Below are positions 37,358 to 47,807 of a stretch of DNA of 64,000 nucleotides, in pieces. Under the pieces are notes generated by a model. That model saw only the letters and a program-made list of their open reading frames with translations, did no database searches and had not been told where the DNA came from. The DNA is taken from positions 14,536 to 78,535 of the forward strand of contig JBHLON010000014.1 in NCBI GenBank assembly GCA_048940445.1, written 5' to 3'. Numbering within the stretch: the first letter of the stretch is position 1; each line of letters starts with the position of its first letter. A program made the translations under genes and the position numbers. Source of the stretch: Promethearchaeota archaeon. Its GTDB lineage: Archaea > Asgardarchaeota > Lokiarchaeia > Sigyniarchaeales > SOKP01.

Positions 37358-38293
37358 ATGTCTGAAGACGATCCAGTTGAAGAATTAGAACAATTGGCAG
37401 AGGAAAAAGAAGCAAGAGCCAAACCAAGGATTACTCCAAAAAAGAAAAAGGTAAAGAAGAAAAAAACCACTCCGACAGCAGCTGAAGGAGAAGTTAAAAT
37501 CCCCAAACAAACTGTATTTAAGAAACTTCTTGTCAACTTTTGGCGTACTCGGCTTCATGATGAAGAACTAGGAATCCATCAACAACTAAAATATCAAGCT
37601 AAAACACGATGGTATTCCAAAAATTTTGATATGGAAGGCGATATTGAAGAAGATGGTGAAAAGAAATATATAATAGCCTTTAGCAAAGAACAATGGGAAG
37701 AAAATCCTTTAGAAGAGAAGCGACTAGTTTGTCGATTCTTTACCATTATGGAAGAATCAATAGAAAGTCGACCTAAAGGGGGAAATTTCAAGGGAGGCGT
37801 TGAATTGAGTATTGCTCATTCCTTAATACAAAGTTATGAGGTTAGACGTCCTGCTCCTGTTTTTATAATGCAAATTCCCGGGACTATTAATTTAGTGAGA
37901 CTAGTAAGAAGTTGGAGACTCGTTGGTACCCGTTGGTCATTTCCTCTTCTGCCAGAAGAGAAGGGTGATGAATTTCAAGTGATACGTGCACGAGGTGTCG
38001 TTGGTCCGGGCAGAAACTACAAGTTATATATAGGGAAAAAATTAATAGCTAGAGTCGATGGTCATCCAATACAAAAGGAATTTGAAATCGAAATTTATGA
38101 CGAAGATTATGCAAAAGATAAGAGTTTTCGTACTTATATGATTTTATTCGGGTGTGCTTGCAATTTTATGGATGATGCTACAAAAATCATTAAAAGACTT
38201 TATAAAAAGATGAAAAACACAGGAAGTAGCCCCTATAAGCCTCCTAAAAACGAGTTAGATCTATTTAGAAACCCAAGAATGATGCGGAGATAA
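37358..38293 (+). CDS. Hypothetical protein, possible tubby/LURP/scramblase-like beta-barrel
   Basis: Charged N-terminal tail; C-terminal NYKLY...LIARVD...FEIEI...ending in a hydrophobic helix. Confidence 0.4.
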   Translation: MSEDDPVEELEQLAEEKEARAKPRITPKKKKVKKKKTTPTAAEGEVKIPKQTVFKKLLVNFWRTRLHDEELGIHQQLKYQAKTRWYSKNFDMEGDIEEDGEKKYIIAFSKEQWEENPLEEKRLVCRFFTIMEESIESRPKGGNFKGGVELSIAHSLIQSYEVRRPAPVFIMQIPGTINLVRLVRSWRLVGTRWSFPLLPEEKGDEFQVIRARGVVGPGRNYKLYIGKKLIARVDGHPIQKEFEIEIYDEDYAKDKSFRTYMILFGCACNFMDDATKIIKRLYKKMKNTGSSPYKPPKNELDLFRNPRMMRR

Positions 38294-38341
38294 AGCTATC
38301 TTAGAAATTATAAAAAAATTTTTATTTTTTATCTTTAAAAA

Positions 38342-39112
38342 TTAAGGTACATATTTCTTTTTCCATGCTTTATAACCTTTAGTTTCTTTTCCTCGATATA
38401 TAGCAATTTTTCCAGTTTCCTTTTCATAAGTTTTTTGCAATGTGGCTTCATTCGCTCCTCTTAATTCTTCACGCTTAATTTCTTCTTCAATTTCATACTC
38501 TTCTTCTATTCTTTTAACCCTCTTCAATACAGCATAAACAGCATGATTCCAAAGAGCAAATCCTATATATACCAAACCTACAATTATCAATAATGTGATT
38601 CCAATAAGTAAAACCCACTCTCCCCAGTTAAAATTGCTAATAACATATCCCCATAATTCCCCGATCCAATTCCATAAAAATGATGGGATGATTACTACAA
38701 CTAGTGTAATAATGAAAATGTAAATACTTACTAATGTAACAGCTAAAAGTAAGCGTAAAGATGAGTAATCCTCATACTTTTTTGCCAAGATTCTGTCTTT
38801 GAATAATCTCTGACATAATTTCAAAATACCTCCTCTAAATAATATATAAAATAACACTATAACAAATAAATGACCGACTATAATGCCTATAATGATGAGA
38901 GCAATTATTCCTGCTCCCCAACTAGCAATAATGTCCCATCTTCCTGTTTCAATTAACCAACCAATAATAGTTAGCCAAATCCCACTTATAGAAACTATAG
39001 CCCCTACTATTAAGGAATAATAAATTGTTTTAGCAATACGTATATCCCAAGTACTATATTCATCTAATGGATCGGGCTCTCTAACTGGAGCGGTTCTTGG
39101 TTTTCTTGGCAT
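38342..39112 (-). CDS. 4-TM hypothetical membrane protein
   Basis: Four hydrophobic segments and a charged C-terminal tail. Confidence 0.7.
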   Translation of the reverse strand: MPRKPRTAPVREPDPLDEYSTWDIRIAKTIYYSLIVGAIVSISGIWLTIIGWLIETGRWDIIASWGAGIIALIIIGIIVGHLFVIVLFYILFRGGILKLCQRLFKDRILAKKYEDYSSLRLLLAVTLVSIYIFIITLVVVIIPSFLWNWIGELWGYVISNFNWGEWVLLIGITLLIIVGLVYIGFALWNHAVYAVLKRVKRIEEEYEIEEEIKREELRGANEATLQKTYEKETGKIAIYRGKETKGYKAWKKKYVP

Positions 39113-39232
39113 ATTTATCTCAACTTAAATTTTTTTTAAACATTTAGATTAGAATTTCAAATTCTATTATTTTATATTTTATTTTAGTTTATTTGAATAT
39201 TTTTCCTATTTATATATTATAGGTTTGATAAA

Positions 39233-39697
39233 TTATTCTTTTTCATATGGAGTCTTTAATGTACTATGACAATAAGGACATTTAACATCATCAGGAGAAA
39301 TATCTTCACCGCAATATGGACAGAAAGTTTTATCAATAGGGACTATCTGTTTACCTTCTTCTCGTATTTGAACTTGTTTTTCCTTTTTCCTGGGTTTAAT
39401 CTCTTTTCCTGCCTTTTTAAGCACTTTCTCTTTTGGAGTTGATGGTATTATCTCTTCTTCCTTCCCCTCTTCTTTCTTAAATGGTTCTTTTGAAAACTTT
39501 AATGGAGACAAACATGTGGGACAATAATTTTTAGGTCTATTAAGATAATAAATAGCGAAAATAGGTGCCGCTATTCCTAAAGTACCCACAATTAAAATGA
39601 TCCAAAGTACTTTTTGAAATGTTTCTATAGGCTTTCTAACAGGAGTACTTATCTCTTTTTTACATGCAGTGCAATATGCATATTGAGTCATATTCAA
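39233..39697 (-). CDS. LITAF-like zinc/membrane domain plus double zinc ribbon
   Basis: CTAC-hydrophobic stretch-YCPTC; C-terminal CPYC..CPYC. Confidence 0.6.
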   Translation of the reverse strand: MNMTQYAYCTACKKEISTPVRKPIETFQKVLWIILIVGTLGIAAPIFAIYYLNRPKNYCPTCLSPLKFSKEPFKKEEGKEEEIIPSTPKEKVLKKAGKEIKPRKKEKQVQIREEGKQIVPIDKTFCPYCGEDISPDDVKCPYCHSTLKTPYEKE

Positions 39698-39817
39698 TTC
39701 ACTAAAAAATTTTAAGTTTGTTAATTTGAATAATAGAATATTTTAATTAAAAAACTCTTTTAAACCTATATCATGGTTATTATGTTAAATAATTTACACA
39801 TTTAAATTGAAGGCAAT

Positions 39818-41173
39818 TTGGCAAGTAATACCTTTTATATTGAAACTTATGGTTGCACTTCTAATAAAGCAGATTCATATATTATTTCAAATGTGTTAAG
39901 AGATGCTAATTACAAACAAACATCTTTAGATGAGGCTAGGTTCATTATTATTAATACTTGCGGTGTAAAGCAACAAACAGAAAATAAAATAAAAACACGC
40001 TTAAGATTATTATCTTCTTCATTCAAGAAGGATGCTAATAAACATATAATCATTACTGGATGCCTGCCATTCATCGATGAGTCATATGTAAGAGTGATCG
40101 GAGAAATAGTTCCAAATTTCTCTGCAATCATAGATTTAGATAGAATTCACGAAATTGCCCAAATTATAAATCAAATCAATAAAGGATATAAAAATTTAGT
40201 CATTAAATCAAAAGGATCAATTGAAAAAGCACGATATTTATATAATTTTCTCCCAGGAAAAGTAACTGGTATTGTTCCTATCTCTGAAGGGTGCTTGGGA
40301 TCTTGTACATACTGTTGCGTAAAAAATGCTCGAGGTAGATTGAATTGTTATCACCCCGAAAACATCGTTAATAATGTTGAACATCAATTAAAGCAAGGAA
40401 TAAAACAGATTTATTTAACATCCCAAGATTGCAGTAATTACCAATATAATGATACTCACTTAAGCGATTTAGTTCAGAAAATTATAGAATTGGATTTTAA
40501 ATTTTTTTTAAGAATAGGTATGCTTAACCCCCAATTCCTTATTGATAATTTCGATCAATTAATTTCAATTTATAACTTTAATAAAGTGTATCAATTTTTA
40601 CACATTCCTATTCAATCAGGAAGTGATAAAATTCTTGAAACAATGAGTAGGAACTATAAAATTTCTAAATTAATGGAAAAAATAAATTTATTAAGAGAAA
40701 GATTTCCCTCTTTAACTATTTCTACTGACATCATTTGTGGTTTTCCAGGAGAAAGAGATAATGATTTTAAAGACACAATTGAATTTATAAAATGGTTAAG
40801 ACCAGAAATATTAAATATTTCGAAGTTTACACCACGTCCGGGTACTAAGGCAAAATTCATGGAGCAAGTCAATAGTAAAATAATCAAAGAGCGTACTATA
40901 AAATTATCGAGAATATTTCGAGAAAATTTGATAAACATTAATAAAGACTGGATAAATTGGGAAGGTGAAGTATTAATTCTTCATAGTACTGCTAAAGAGA
41001 ATCAAGTTTTTAGTAGGAATTTTGCGTATAAAAATATCTTTATTAATAATTATGAAGGTATTTTGGGGAATTTTTCGAAAGTTAGGGTATATGAAGTTGA
41101 TGGTTTCAACTTATATGCTAACCTAATTGATATAGAGTATATTGAAAATGAAATTAATTCAAATAGAAAATAG
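39818..41173 (+). CDS. mtaB: tRNA t6A37 methylthiotransferase (archaeal MtaB/CDKAL1 type)
   Basis: ETYGC..N, INTC.V, ITGC, GCLGSCTYC, HIPIQSGS, TDIICGFPGE, RPGT. Confidence 0.88.
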   Translation: MASNTFYIETYGCTSNKADSYIISNVLRDANYKQTSLDEARFIIINTCGVKQQTENKIKTRLRLLSSSFKKDANKHIIITGCLPFIDESYVRVIGEIVPNFSAIIDLDRIHEIAQIINQINKGYKNLVIKSKGSIEKARYLYNFLPGKVTGIVPISEGCLGSCTYCCVKNARGRLNCYHPENIVNNVEHQLKQGIKQIYLTSQDCSNYQYNDTHLSDLVQKIIELDFKFFLRIGMLNPQFLIDNFDQLISIYNFNKVYQFLHIPIQSGSDKILETMSRNYKISKLMEKINLLRERFPSLTISTDIICGFPGERDNDFKDTIEFIKWLRPEILNISKFTPRPGTKAKFMEQVNSKIIKERTIKLSRIFRENLININKDWINWEGEVLILHSTAKENQVFSRNFAYKNIFINNYEGILGNFSKVRVYEVDGFNLYANLIDIEYIENEINSNRK

Positions 41174-42064
41174 TTATTTTAAACCATATTTTTCGAGAAA
41201 ATTTGTTAATCTGCTTCTATGAAATTTCAATCCCAGCTCATCTGCAGGAAATCCAAATGCTAGTGCCATTAATTCAGTAAGATAGAGAATTGGAATATTA
41301 AAGCTTTTATTTGCTTGTGTTCCTGCTTTTTTCTGGTTTGTATCCATCTGTTGAAAACAAGCAGGGCACACTACGACAAAAGCTTCAGCACCAGAATTAA
41401 TTGCACTATTAAATTTGTTTGCTAATACTTGCATTGAAGGTTCTTCTTCAGTATTTCCTACTCCGGCACCACAACAAAGACTTTCTTCTTGATAATCAAC
41501 TGGTGTTGCTCCTAGTGCTGCAACAAGTTCCCTTAACTTTTTGGGTTCCATTGGATCATCTGTTTGCATAATCTCAGATGGACGATTATAATGGCATCCA
41601 GTATGACATGCTACTTTAAGAGCTGAAAAATCTACTTTTACGTGTTTTTTTATCTTCTCAGCTCCCAATTCATGTAGAACCTCTACAAAATGTTTAACAT
41701 TAATAGAACCTTTAAATTCTCTATTTATCGCCTTTAAAATTTCGTTTATTTTTCCCTTTTCATGAGAATCAAGTTTCAATTCATGATTAACTGCTTTCAA
41801 AGTCTGAAAGCATCCATTACATAAAGAAACAATGTCTTTATTTTCTTCTTCAGCGATTGTAAGATTTCTTGCACCCATTGCTAACCAACTAGTATGATCA
41901 ACAGAATGAAACCCAACGGGGTCCGGACAGCAGGCAAACGGAGCATCAGATGTTTTTATTTCTAAGGTATCGAAAACTTTTCGAGCAGAAGCTTCTATAA
42001 ACGGGATACGATTACCTATAGTACAACCTTGGAAAATCTTATATTCTCCTTCTGCTTTAGCCAT
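41174..42064 (-). CDS. hdrB: Heterodisulfide reductase subunit B
   Basis: Two CCG domains (GC...CCP...CNGC; HTGCH...CCGAG...CPAC). Confidence 0.9.
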   Translation of the reverse strand: MAKAEGEYKIFQGCTIGNRIPFIEASARKVFDTLEIKTSDAPFACCPDPVGFHSVDHTSWLAMGARNLTIAEEENKDIVSLCNGCFQTLKAVNHELKLDSHEKGKINEILKAINREFKGSINVKHFVEVLHELGAEKIKKHVKVDFSALKVACHTGCHYNRPSEIMQTDDPMEPKKLRELVAALGATPVDYQEESLCCGAGVGNTEEEPSMQVLANKFNSAINSGAEAFVVVCPACFQQMDTNQKKAGTQANKSFNIPILYLTELMALAFGFPADELGLKFHRSRLTNFLEKYGLK

Positions 42065-42193
42065 AATAATATTCTCTTTAATTCTTTAATGTATATATAT
42101 GCTTTAATTATAAATCAATTAAAAGATTTGCTAAATCAAGTAATAAGACACCTATATATAAAAAGTAATTAAGAAGAAATAAAATAAAAAAAT

Positions 42194-42832
42194 TTAATCA
42201 AAAGTTTTTCCACAATTACTGCAAAAATTGGCAAATACAGGTAATTCTGTTCCGCATTCTGGGCAAAATCTTTTTTCTAGTGGTTTAGATTCGTCTATAG
42301 TAACTTCTTGTTCAGGTTCTAAGGCTTTCTCCTCTACTTCAGATACTTTTTCCTTTTTTTCTATTATATCCTTCTTTGTTCTCACTTTCCTAACGGATAA
42401 GCGTCCGATAATAGCAATAACAGTTCCAACAAATGATAACACAGTTCCATAGCTAAATTGGTTATAAAGTGTATTTATAAAGTCTAAAGTATCTGGATCT
42501 GTTATAATTCCAGTAGCATTTACAATATGAGTAATGACCCATACAATTAATGCCAATGTACCAAAAGCTAATCCAACCCATATTATAAACTTTCCAAATC
42601 TAACAACTCCTAATAAAATCATTACTGCTCCCGCAATTACTGCTATTCCTCCTAAATCGGCAATCCATCGAAAAACAGTTAAAATATAATAAAAAATCTG
42701 TTCATAAGCAGGCCATTGATCCTTAGCTAGATCGTATAGAAACTCAAATACTCCTATACTTCCAACTGTAGAAGTATAAATCATTATAGCCCCACCAATA
42801 ATCAATAATGTAAATCCAACTTTATGTTTCAT
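42194..42832 (-). CDS. 4-TM protein with C-terminal double zinc ribbon
   Basis: FCPECG....ANFCSNCG. Confidence 0.75.
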   Translation of the reverse strand: MKHKVGFTLLIIGGAIMIYTSTVGSIGVFEFLYDLAKDQWPAYEQIFYYILTVFRWIADLGGIAVIAGAVMILLGVVRFGKFIIWVGLAFGTLALIVWVITHIVNATGIITDPDTLDFINTLYNQFSYGTVLSFVGTVIAIIGRLSVRKVRTKKDIIEKKEKVSEVEEKALEPEQEVTIDESKPLEKRFCPECGTELPVFANFCSNCGKTFD

Positions 42833-42970
42833 ATAATCAGTTCCTCACAAAAGATTATCTTCTTAAATTGATCTAAAAAAATTATTACCTTTATTTGTTT
42901 ATAATTTTTTTTGATAATTACTTATAAACTTAATTTATATGTGTTAATGATAAACATCATTAAGATTAAA

Positions 42971-43822
42971 TCAATTGAAATCTACTCTTTCTGGATGCGT
43001 ATAGATATTCATTCTTCCTCCTCTTACAAAACCAATTAGTGTAATTCCATTTGCAAATGCTAATCTTATCCCTGATTCTATGGCAGCTGATAATGATGCC
43101 ACAATAGGGATTTCAGCTCTTATTGTCTTCAAAACAGAATCTCCTGTTAATCTTCCAGTAGTAGTAAGGAAAATATTATCAAAATTTTGGTTTTTTATTA
43201 GCCTTTCTCCTATTACTTTATCTATTGCATTATGTCGCCCAATATCTTCCTTAACACTAACAATGTTTCCCGCGTAATCAAACAAAGCTGCTCCATGACA
43301 ACCTCCAGTTTCTCTAAATAACTTGGTCTCTGTCTGCATCTTAACAATTGATTTAAATATTACTTCAGAAGGAATTCTCTCAATCAATTTAGAAGAAATT
43401 GAGTCTTTTGATTTTTCGATGATGCTTTTCATATATTTTCTCCATGGAGATGGAACCCCACAAGTTGTATCTATCACTCTACTTACAGGATCCATCTCAA
43501 ATTTAGTTAAATCAATCTCTAATGAATCATTTAAATCAATATATACATTCCCTTCTAATTCATCAACTTCTAAATGTTTAATGTCTTTATATTTATTGAT
43601 TATTCCAATCGAAAATGTAAACCCTACAGCTAGTTCCCTTAAACTCTCTGGTAAACAAATAACATTAACCAACGGTTCTGAATTTATGAAAATATCAATT
43701 GGTGCTTCAATCAAAACTACATCAATTTCATCATATTTCTTGTTCTTTTTGATTCTTGTGATATTCACTTTCCTTTTATACAAGCTAATTACCCTAAAAA
43801 TAATCCGAAAATTAAATGTCAA
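42971..43822 (-). CDS. fdhD: Formate dehydrogenase accessory sulfurtransferase
   Basis: TCG, F.ETGG.HGA, EDIGRHNA.DKVIG, TGR, TLIGFVRG. Confidence 0.93.
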   Translation of the reverse strand: MTFNFRIIFRVISLYKRKVNITRIKKNKKYDEIDVVLIEAPIDIFINSEPLVNVICLPESLRELAVGFTFSIGIINKYKDIKHLEVDELEGNVYIDLNDSLEIDLTKFEMDPVSRVIDTTCGVPSPWRKYMKSIIEKSKDSISSKLIERIPSEVIFKSIVKMQTETKLFRETGGCHGAALFDYAGNIVSVKEDIGRHNAIDKVIGERLIKNQNFDNIFLTTTGRLTGDSVLKTIRAEIPIVASLSAAIESGIRLAFANGITLIGFVRGGRMNIYTHPERVDFN

Positions 43823-43904
43823 TAATTTAATCTAATAAATAAGGAAGTTGTCTGAAAATTAAATTTTTTTATTAAAAAGAATTAGTTCGAAACAGTAATT
43901 AAAC

Positions 43905-44753
43905 CTACACAGCAACATAGAGTCTGCCATTTGTAGTTAATTTTACTTTTCCAGTATTTTTATCAATTACGGAATGATTTTTTTTAACAGAATGATCTCC
44001 ACTATACTCTATGAATTTACCTTTTAATTTTTCTCCGTTAGGTAATTCAATTTCATTAATTTCACCTAATTTCTTGAATGAAGGTAATATTTTTAATGCA
44101 TTGCCTTTAATCACGATCCTTCCTTGAACTTGATCTGCTCCAGCACAACGATCTACATCTCCTTCAACAATAATAGTAGCTCCATGATTATGAACGCCTA
44201 AAAAAGACCCTGCTCCTCCACATATTAAGGTTGGATTTCCTTTAGCACCAGATGATCTTGCCCAAGATAATACTTCGTTTCCAACTTTACCCTTTACTTT
44301 AATTGTACCATTTTTCATTCCTTGCCAAAATCCTCTATAAGCAGCTCCTACGTAATGTCCTGCATTTCCATTTATTTCTAATTCTCCTCCCTGGAGCATA
44401 GCACCTGCCCAGTCATCAGCATTACCATTTACTGTAATTTTTCCTCCTTCCATTTGGTTACCAATATGCATGCCGACATTTCCATTGACAATAATCTCAC
44501 CATCAGTCATTTTTTCTCCAATACGTTTAACATTTGATAAATCTCCATCAATAATTATTTTGGTATTTTTGATATCAGTCGACTTTCCAATAACATCAAA
44601 AAAATCTCCTAATTTCACAACCTCTTTTCCAAGATATAGCTCCAATTTTTTTATCTCAGCAACTGTTTTTCCTACAAAATTGTCTGGGGTGATAATATCT
44701 GCTTCTAAGGGGACATTGGGCTGTTTTTTTAACTTTAATTTAATTTCTGCCAT
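43905..44753 (-). CDS. fwdC: Formylmethanofuran dehydrogenase subunit C
   Basis: PLEAD.I.PD, GXGXG repeats, VGAAYRG. Confidence 0.92.
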   Translation of the reverse strand: MAEIKLKLKKQPNVPLEADIITPDNFVGKTVAEIKKLELYLGKEVVKLGDFFDVIGKSTDIKNTKIIIDGDLSNVKRIGEKMTDGEIIVNGNVGMHIGNQMEGGKITVNGNADDWAGAMLQGGELEINGNAGHYVGAAYRGFWQGMKNGTIKVKGKVGNEVLSWARSSGAKGNPTLICGGAGSFLGVHNHGATIIVEGDVDRCAGADQVQGRIVIKGNALKILPSFKKLGEINEIELPNGEKLKGKFIEYSGDHSVKKNHSVIDKNTGKVKLTTNGRLYVAV

Positions 44754-44756
44754 TGA

Positions 44757-46085
44757 TCAATCACCAATTTTTACTTTTACCTTCTCTATTAAACGTTCTA
44801 ATATTTCTTTATCTGAAAGAGTTTCACCGGGAGCATTCTTTACTTTTCTTAATCGTAAGGGAACTTTATCCATTCTATACGCGGTACCCTCACACTCTAT
44901 TCCTGCAAACGCCGCAGGGAGTACTACATCGGCAAAGGCTGAAGTAGGGGTTTCATGGGGCTCAATGGCAATGAGAGGATGTTTAAACATGTTCTTCACT
45001 GCAGCTGCCGGAAAATTACTTGCAGGATCGGATGCTACAATTAAAGCTGCATCTACTTCGTCTCTCATAAATAGATCAACAGAAGAAAACTCTCCTGGAT
45101 TATATCGGGGATATCCTCTTGAAAAATCAATAGAATATGCATAACCTGTATTCCATGTAAACACTTGGTTAGCTCCAGTAACATTATAGTGTCCTCGCAT
45201 AGGTTCTAGTAAAAATTTTGTATAATCATTTAATTCTCTTGTTAAGCAAATTGCAGCATCAATATTCCTATGATGACCTAACGTCTGAGTCAATCCCATC
45301 CCGAAAAATATTACTCCAAATTTACATGATTTTATAATTTCGACCAATTCTTTTATTTTGTCAATAGGTACACCCGAAACTTCTTTTGCATCTAATTCAA
45401 CACCCCTAACCACCGCTCGTATGGCATTTAGTAATTCATAATCTTCATTAGGATTAATCTGGATAAATAAATCTGCAATTTGAGCAGTATGAGTGTTTCT
45501 TGGATCAACTACAACGATATATCTGTCATTTCTTCCGTCCTTTCTAAAATATCCTCTTACAAATTCACTATATCTTCCTAAATGCCTTGGATGGGCGTGA
45601 ACGGGATTAGAACCCCAAAATATTACTAAATCTGCCCTATTTTTATATTCACCTAAAGTCGATAAAGGAGCTCCCACATCTTGAATTGCTAATAAGGAAG
45701 GACCATGACAAACTGAAGCTGTATTATCTAATATTGCTCCTAAAATTTCAGCTAGCTCAACTCCTTTACTTTGTGCTTCACATTCAGTAGATGAGAATCC
45801 ATAGAGTAAAGGGCGTTTTGCTTTTATTAATAAATCCGCTGCCTTATCTAATGCCTCATCCCAAGAGACTTCTTTATACGTTCCATTCGCTTTGATCTTA
45901 GGTTTAAGATATCTATGACCACTTGGATTTGAAGAGAAATACTTTTTGGTTCCAATCTGGCACCCATTTCTTACTTCAATTACTGAATCTGTTTTGATAT
46001 CAATATCAACTTCAAGATCATCACAAAGAGTTCCACAGAAAGGGCATACAACATCATAAACAGTTTTAATTTTTTTTTCTACCAT
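44757..46085 (-). CDS. fwdB: Formylmethanofuran dehydrogenase subunit B (Cys form)
   Basis: CPFCGTLCDD, SVCHGP, TLGE.KNRAD, MRGHYNV, GTAYRMD. Confidence 0.95.
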   Translation of the reverse strand: MVEKKIKTVYDVVCPFCGTLCDDLEVDIDIKTDSVIEVRNGCQIGTKKYFSSNPSGHRYLKPKIKANGTYKEVSWDEALDKAADLLIKAKRPLLYGFSSTECEAQSKGVELAEILGAILDNTASVCHGPSLLAIQDVGAPLSTLGEYKNRADLVIFWGSNPVHAHPRHLGRYSEFVRGYFRKDGRNDRYIVVVDPRNTHTAQIADLFIQINPNEDYELLNAIRAVVRGVELDAKEVSGVPIDKIKELVEIIKSCKFGVIFFGMGLTQTLGHHRNIDAAICLTRELNDYTKFLLEPMRGHYNVTGANQVFTWNTGYAYSIDFSRGYPRYNPGEFSSVDLFMRDEVDAALIVASDPASNFPAAAVKNMFKHPLIAIEPHETPTSAFADVVLPAAFAGIECEGTAYRMDKVPLRLRKVKNAPGETLSDKEILERLIEKVKVKIGD

Positions 46086-46088
46086 TCT

Positions 46089-46484
46089 TTATGCCCCTCT
46101 TAATTTTCCTATTAATTCTAAAGCATTTAAAACCCGACCATTTTTCATAACTTCTACTTTAGCTTTCATTCCTTTATAAGTAGGTGTCCCGCATGCTTGA
46201 GAATCTGGATTAACTAATCGATTTGCCCATGGTCCCAACGGGATAAATATAATTCCTGGATGAGGTCCTTCTTCAGTAATTGTAGAATAGACCACTACTT
46301 CACCATAATCGGTAATAACTTTTACTGGAGTGCCTACTAAACAATCTAATTTCTTAAAGTCTTCTTTATCAAAAGTACATATAGCAGCAGCCCGAACATT
46401 TTCCATAGTGGTTTTACCTCCCTCAAGTGCGACACCTTGATTAATGGTTCGGCCCGTTAATAAGATTAAATTATTCAAACTCAT
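46089..46484 (-). CDS. fwdD: Formylmethanofuran dehydrogenase subunit D
   Basis: TGRT..QG, FIP.GPWAN, GTP.YKG. Confidence 0.92.
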   Translation of the reverse strand: MSLNNLILLTGRTINQGVALEGGKTTMENVRAAAICTFDKEDFKKLDCLVGTPVKVITDYGEVVVYSTITEEGPHPGIIFIPLGPWANRLVNPDSQACGTPTYKGMKAKVEVMKNGRVLNALELIGKLRGA

Positions 46485-46490
46485 CCTTGC

Positions 46491-47207
46491 TTATTCCTCC
46501 GTTTTTGTCCATCTTAACTTCTTTAATCGTTCTACTAATGGAGGCCAGAATAATTCACTAAATTCTCCTGAACTTTTTATTTCAGTAATCTCTAATTTAA
46601 TAGCCCCTGTAGGACAAGCATTATCGCAGGCACCGCAGAATACGCATTTCTCTTCATCTACAACTACATTTGGAGCTTTTTCCCATCCCTGTTCCGGTTT
46701 AGGAGGTATGGTTATAGCACCTGAAGGGCATACATCTGCGCATGTCTGACATCCGCCTGCACATTCCTCATCAACCACTCTTATTTTCCCAGTATTATAC
46801 TGTTTTACAACTCGCTCTTGTCCTTCATTATTTTTTATCTTTTTGCTTTCAAATTCAAGTATGGGTACTACTTTTTCTTTCACAATTGTAATATCTTCTA
46901 AATTTACTATTTCATCATCTTTTTTAAGTGTAAGAGAGCTAAAGGGACACATATAAACACAGGTGCCACAAAAAACACACTTCTTGGGATCATAGACTTC
47001 TGGAATTATATCTTCAGTTGTAGGAAAACGTCTTGAATAACCAACTGGTCCTCTCGATATAGCTTCCTTTGGACAGACACGAGCACAAGTTCCACATCCA
47101 ACACATTTTTCTCTATTAAGAATTAATTCTAAACTTTCTAAAAGGAATTTAACTTTAACTTTTTCTTCTCCCTTACTAATTACTCGAGATATTTTTGGAA
47201 ATGACAT
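46491..47207 (-). CDS. Polyferredoxin with four [4Fe-4S] motifs, short FwdF-like
   Basis: Four CxxCxxCxxxCP-type motifs, inside the fwd operon. Confidence 0.8.
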   Translation of the reverse strand: MSFPKISRVISKGEEKVKVKFLLESLELILNREKCVGCGTCARVCPKEAISRGPVGYSRRFPTTEDIIPEVYDPKKCVFCGTCVYMCPFSSLTLKKDDEIVNLEDITIVKEKVVPILEFESKKIKNNEGQERVVKQYNTGKIRVVDEECAGGCQTCADVCPSGAITIPPKPEQGWEKAPNVVVDEEKCVFCGACDNACPTGAIKLEITEIKSSGEFSELFWPPLVERLKKLRWTKTEE

Positions 47208-47210
47208 TTA

Positions 47211-47468
47211 TTAAACCTCCTCCACACATTCAATTCTAATTGCTACTTGTGGGCACATTTTAACACACACCCCACAACCATCACAATTTATCTCACGTTC
47301 TTCTTTATAAACTGGAAATGCAATTCCATTCTTGACTAAAATTACCGCATTTTCTTTATTTAAATAACTGTGAAGCCTTAATTGATTAAAATTTATTGGA
47401 CAGCTTACTACACATGCGTTACAACCAGTACATGTGTTTCTATTTATTTTTAGATGATAAACTTGCAT
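47211..47468 (-). CDS. fwdG: 2x[4Fe-4S] ferredoxin, FwdG-like
   Basis: CTGCNACVVSCPIN, CDGCGVCVKMCP; first gene of the fwd operon. Confidence 0.75.
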   Translation of the reverse strand: MQVYHLKINRNTCTGCNACVVSCPINFNQLRLHSYLNKENAVILVKNGIAFPVYKEEREINCDGCGVCVKMCPQVAIRIECVEEV

Positions 47469-47807
47469 GATATGAGAGGTTATTTATAATATCCTATGAA
47501 AAATATGTATTAAACTTAATTTTTAGAAAGTAGTGTATTTTAAAAAATTTAGTATATGAATTATTAAGTCTTAAGATTCGAAATGATATAAATTATTATA
47601 GTTTTGAAATCTCTTCTAAAAGACAGTTTAAATAATTTATAGAGAAATCCTAAGTAATTCAAAATGAGATTAAAAAATGTCCGAAATGTATAACAAGTGC
47701 ACCTTAAAGCTTTTTTAACATAATATTGATCAAATATAATAATTCAGTAAAAAGGTTTATAACGACAACTTGGATAAATTATTATTGATAAGAGAATCCT
47801 ATAAGTT

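Noticed and set aside
44470-45144. 224-aa + ORF, and similar antisense ORFs (43323..43835, 9152..9454, 4739..5065, 25821..26141, 15140..15496 etc.)
   Set aside because: Antisense shadows of well-supported genes, with no motifs
44757-46085. Selenocysteine form of FwdB
   Set aside because: The metal-ligand codon is Cys (SVCHGP) and the frame is uninterrupted
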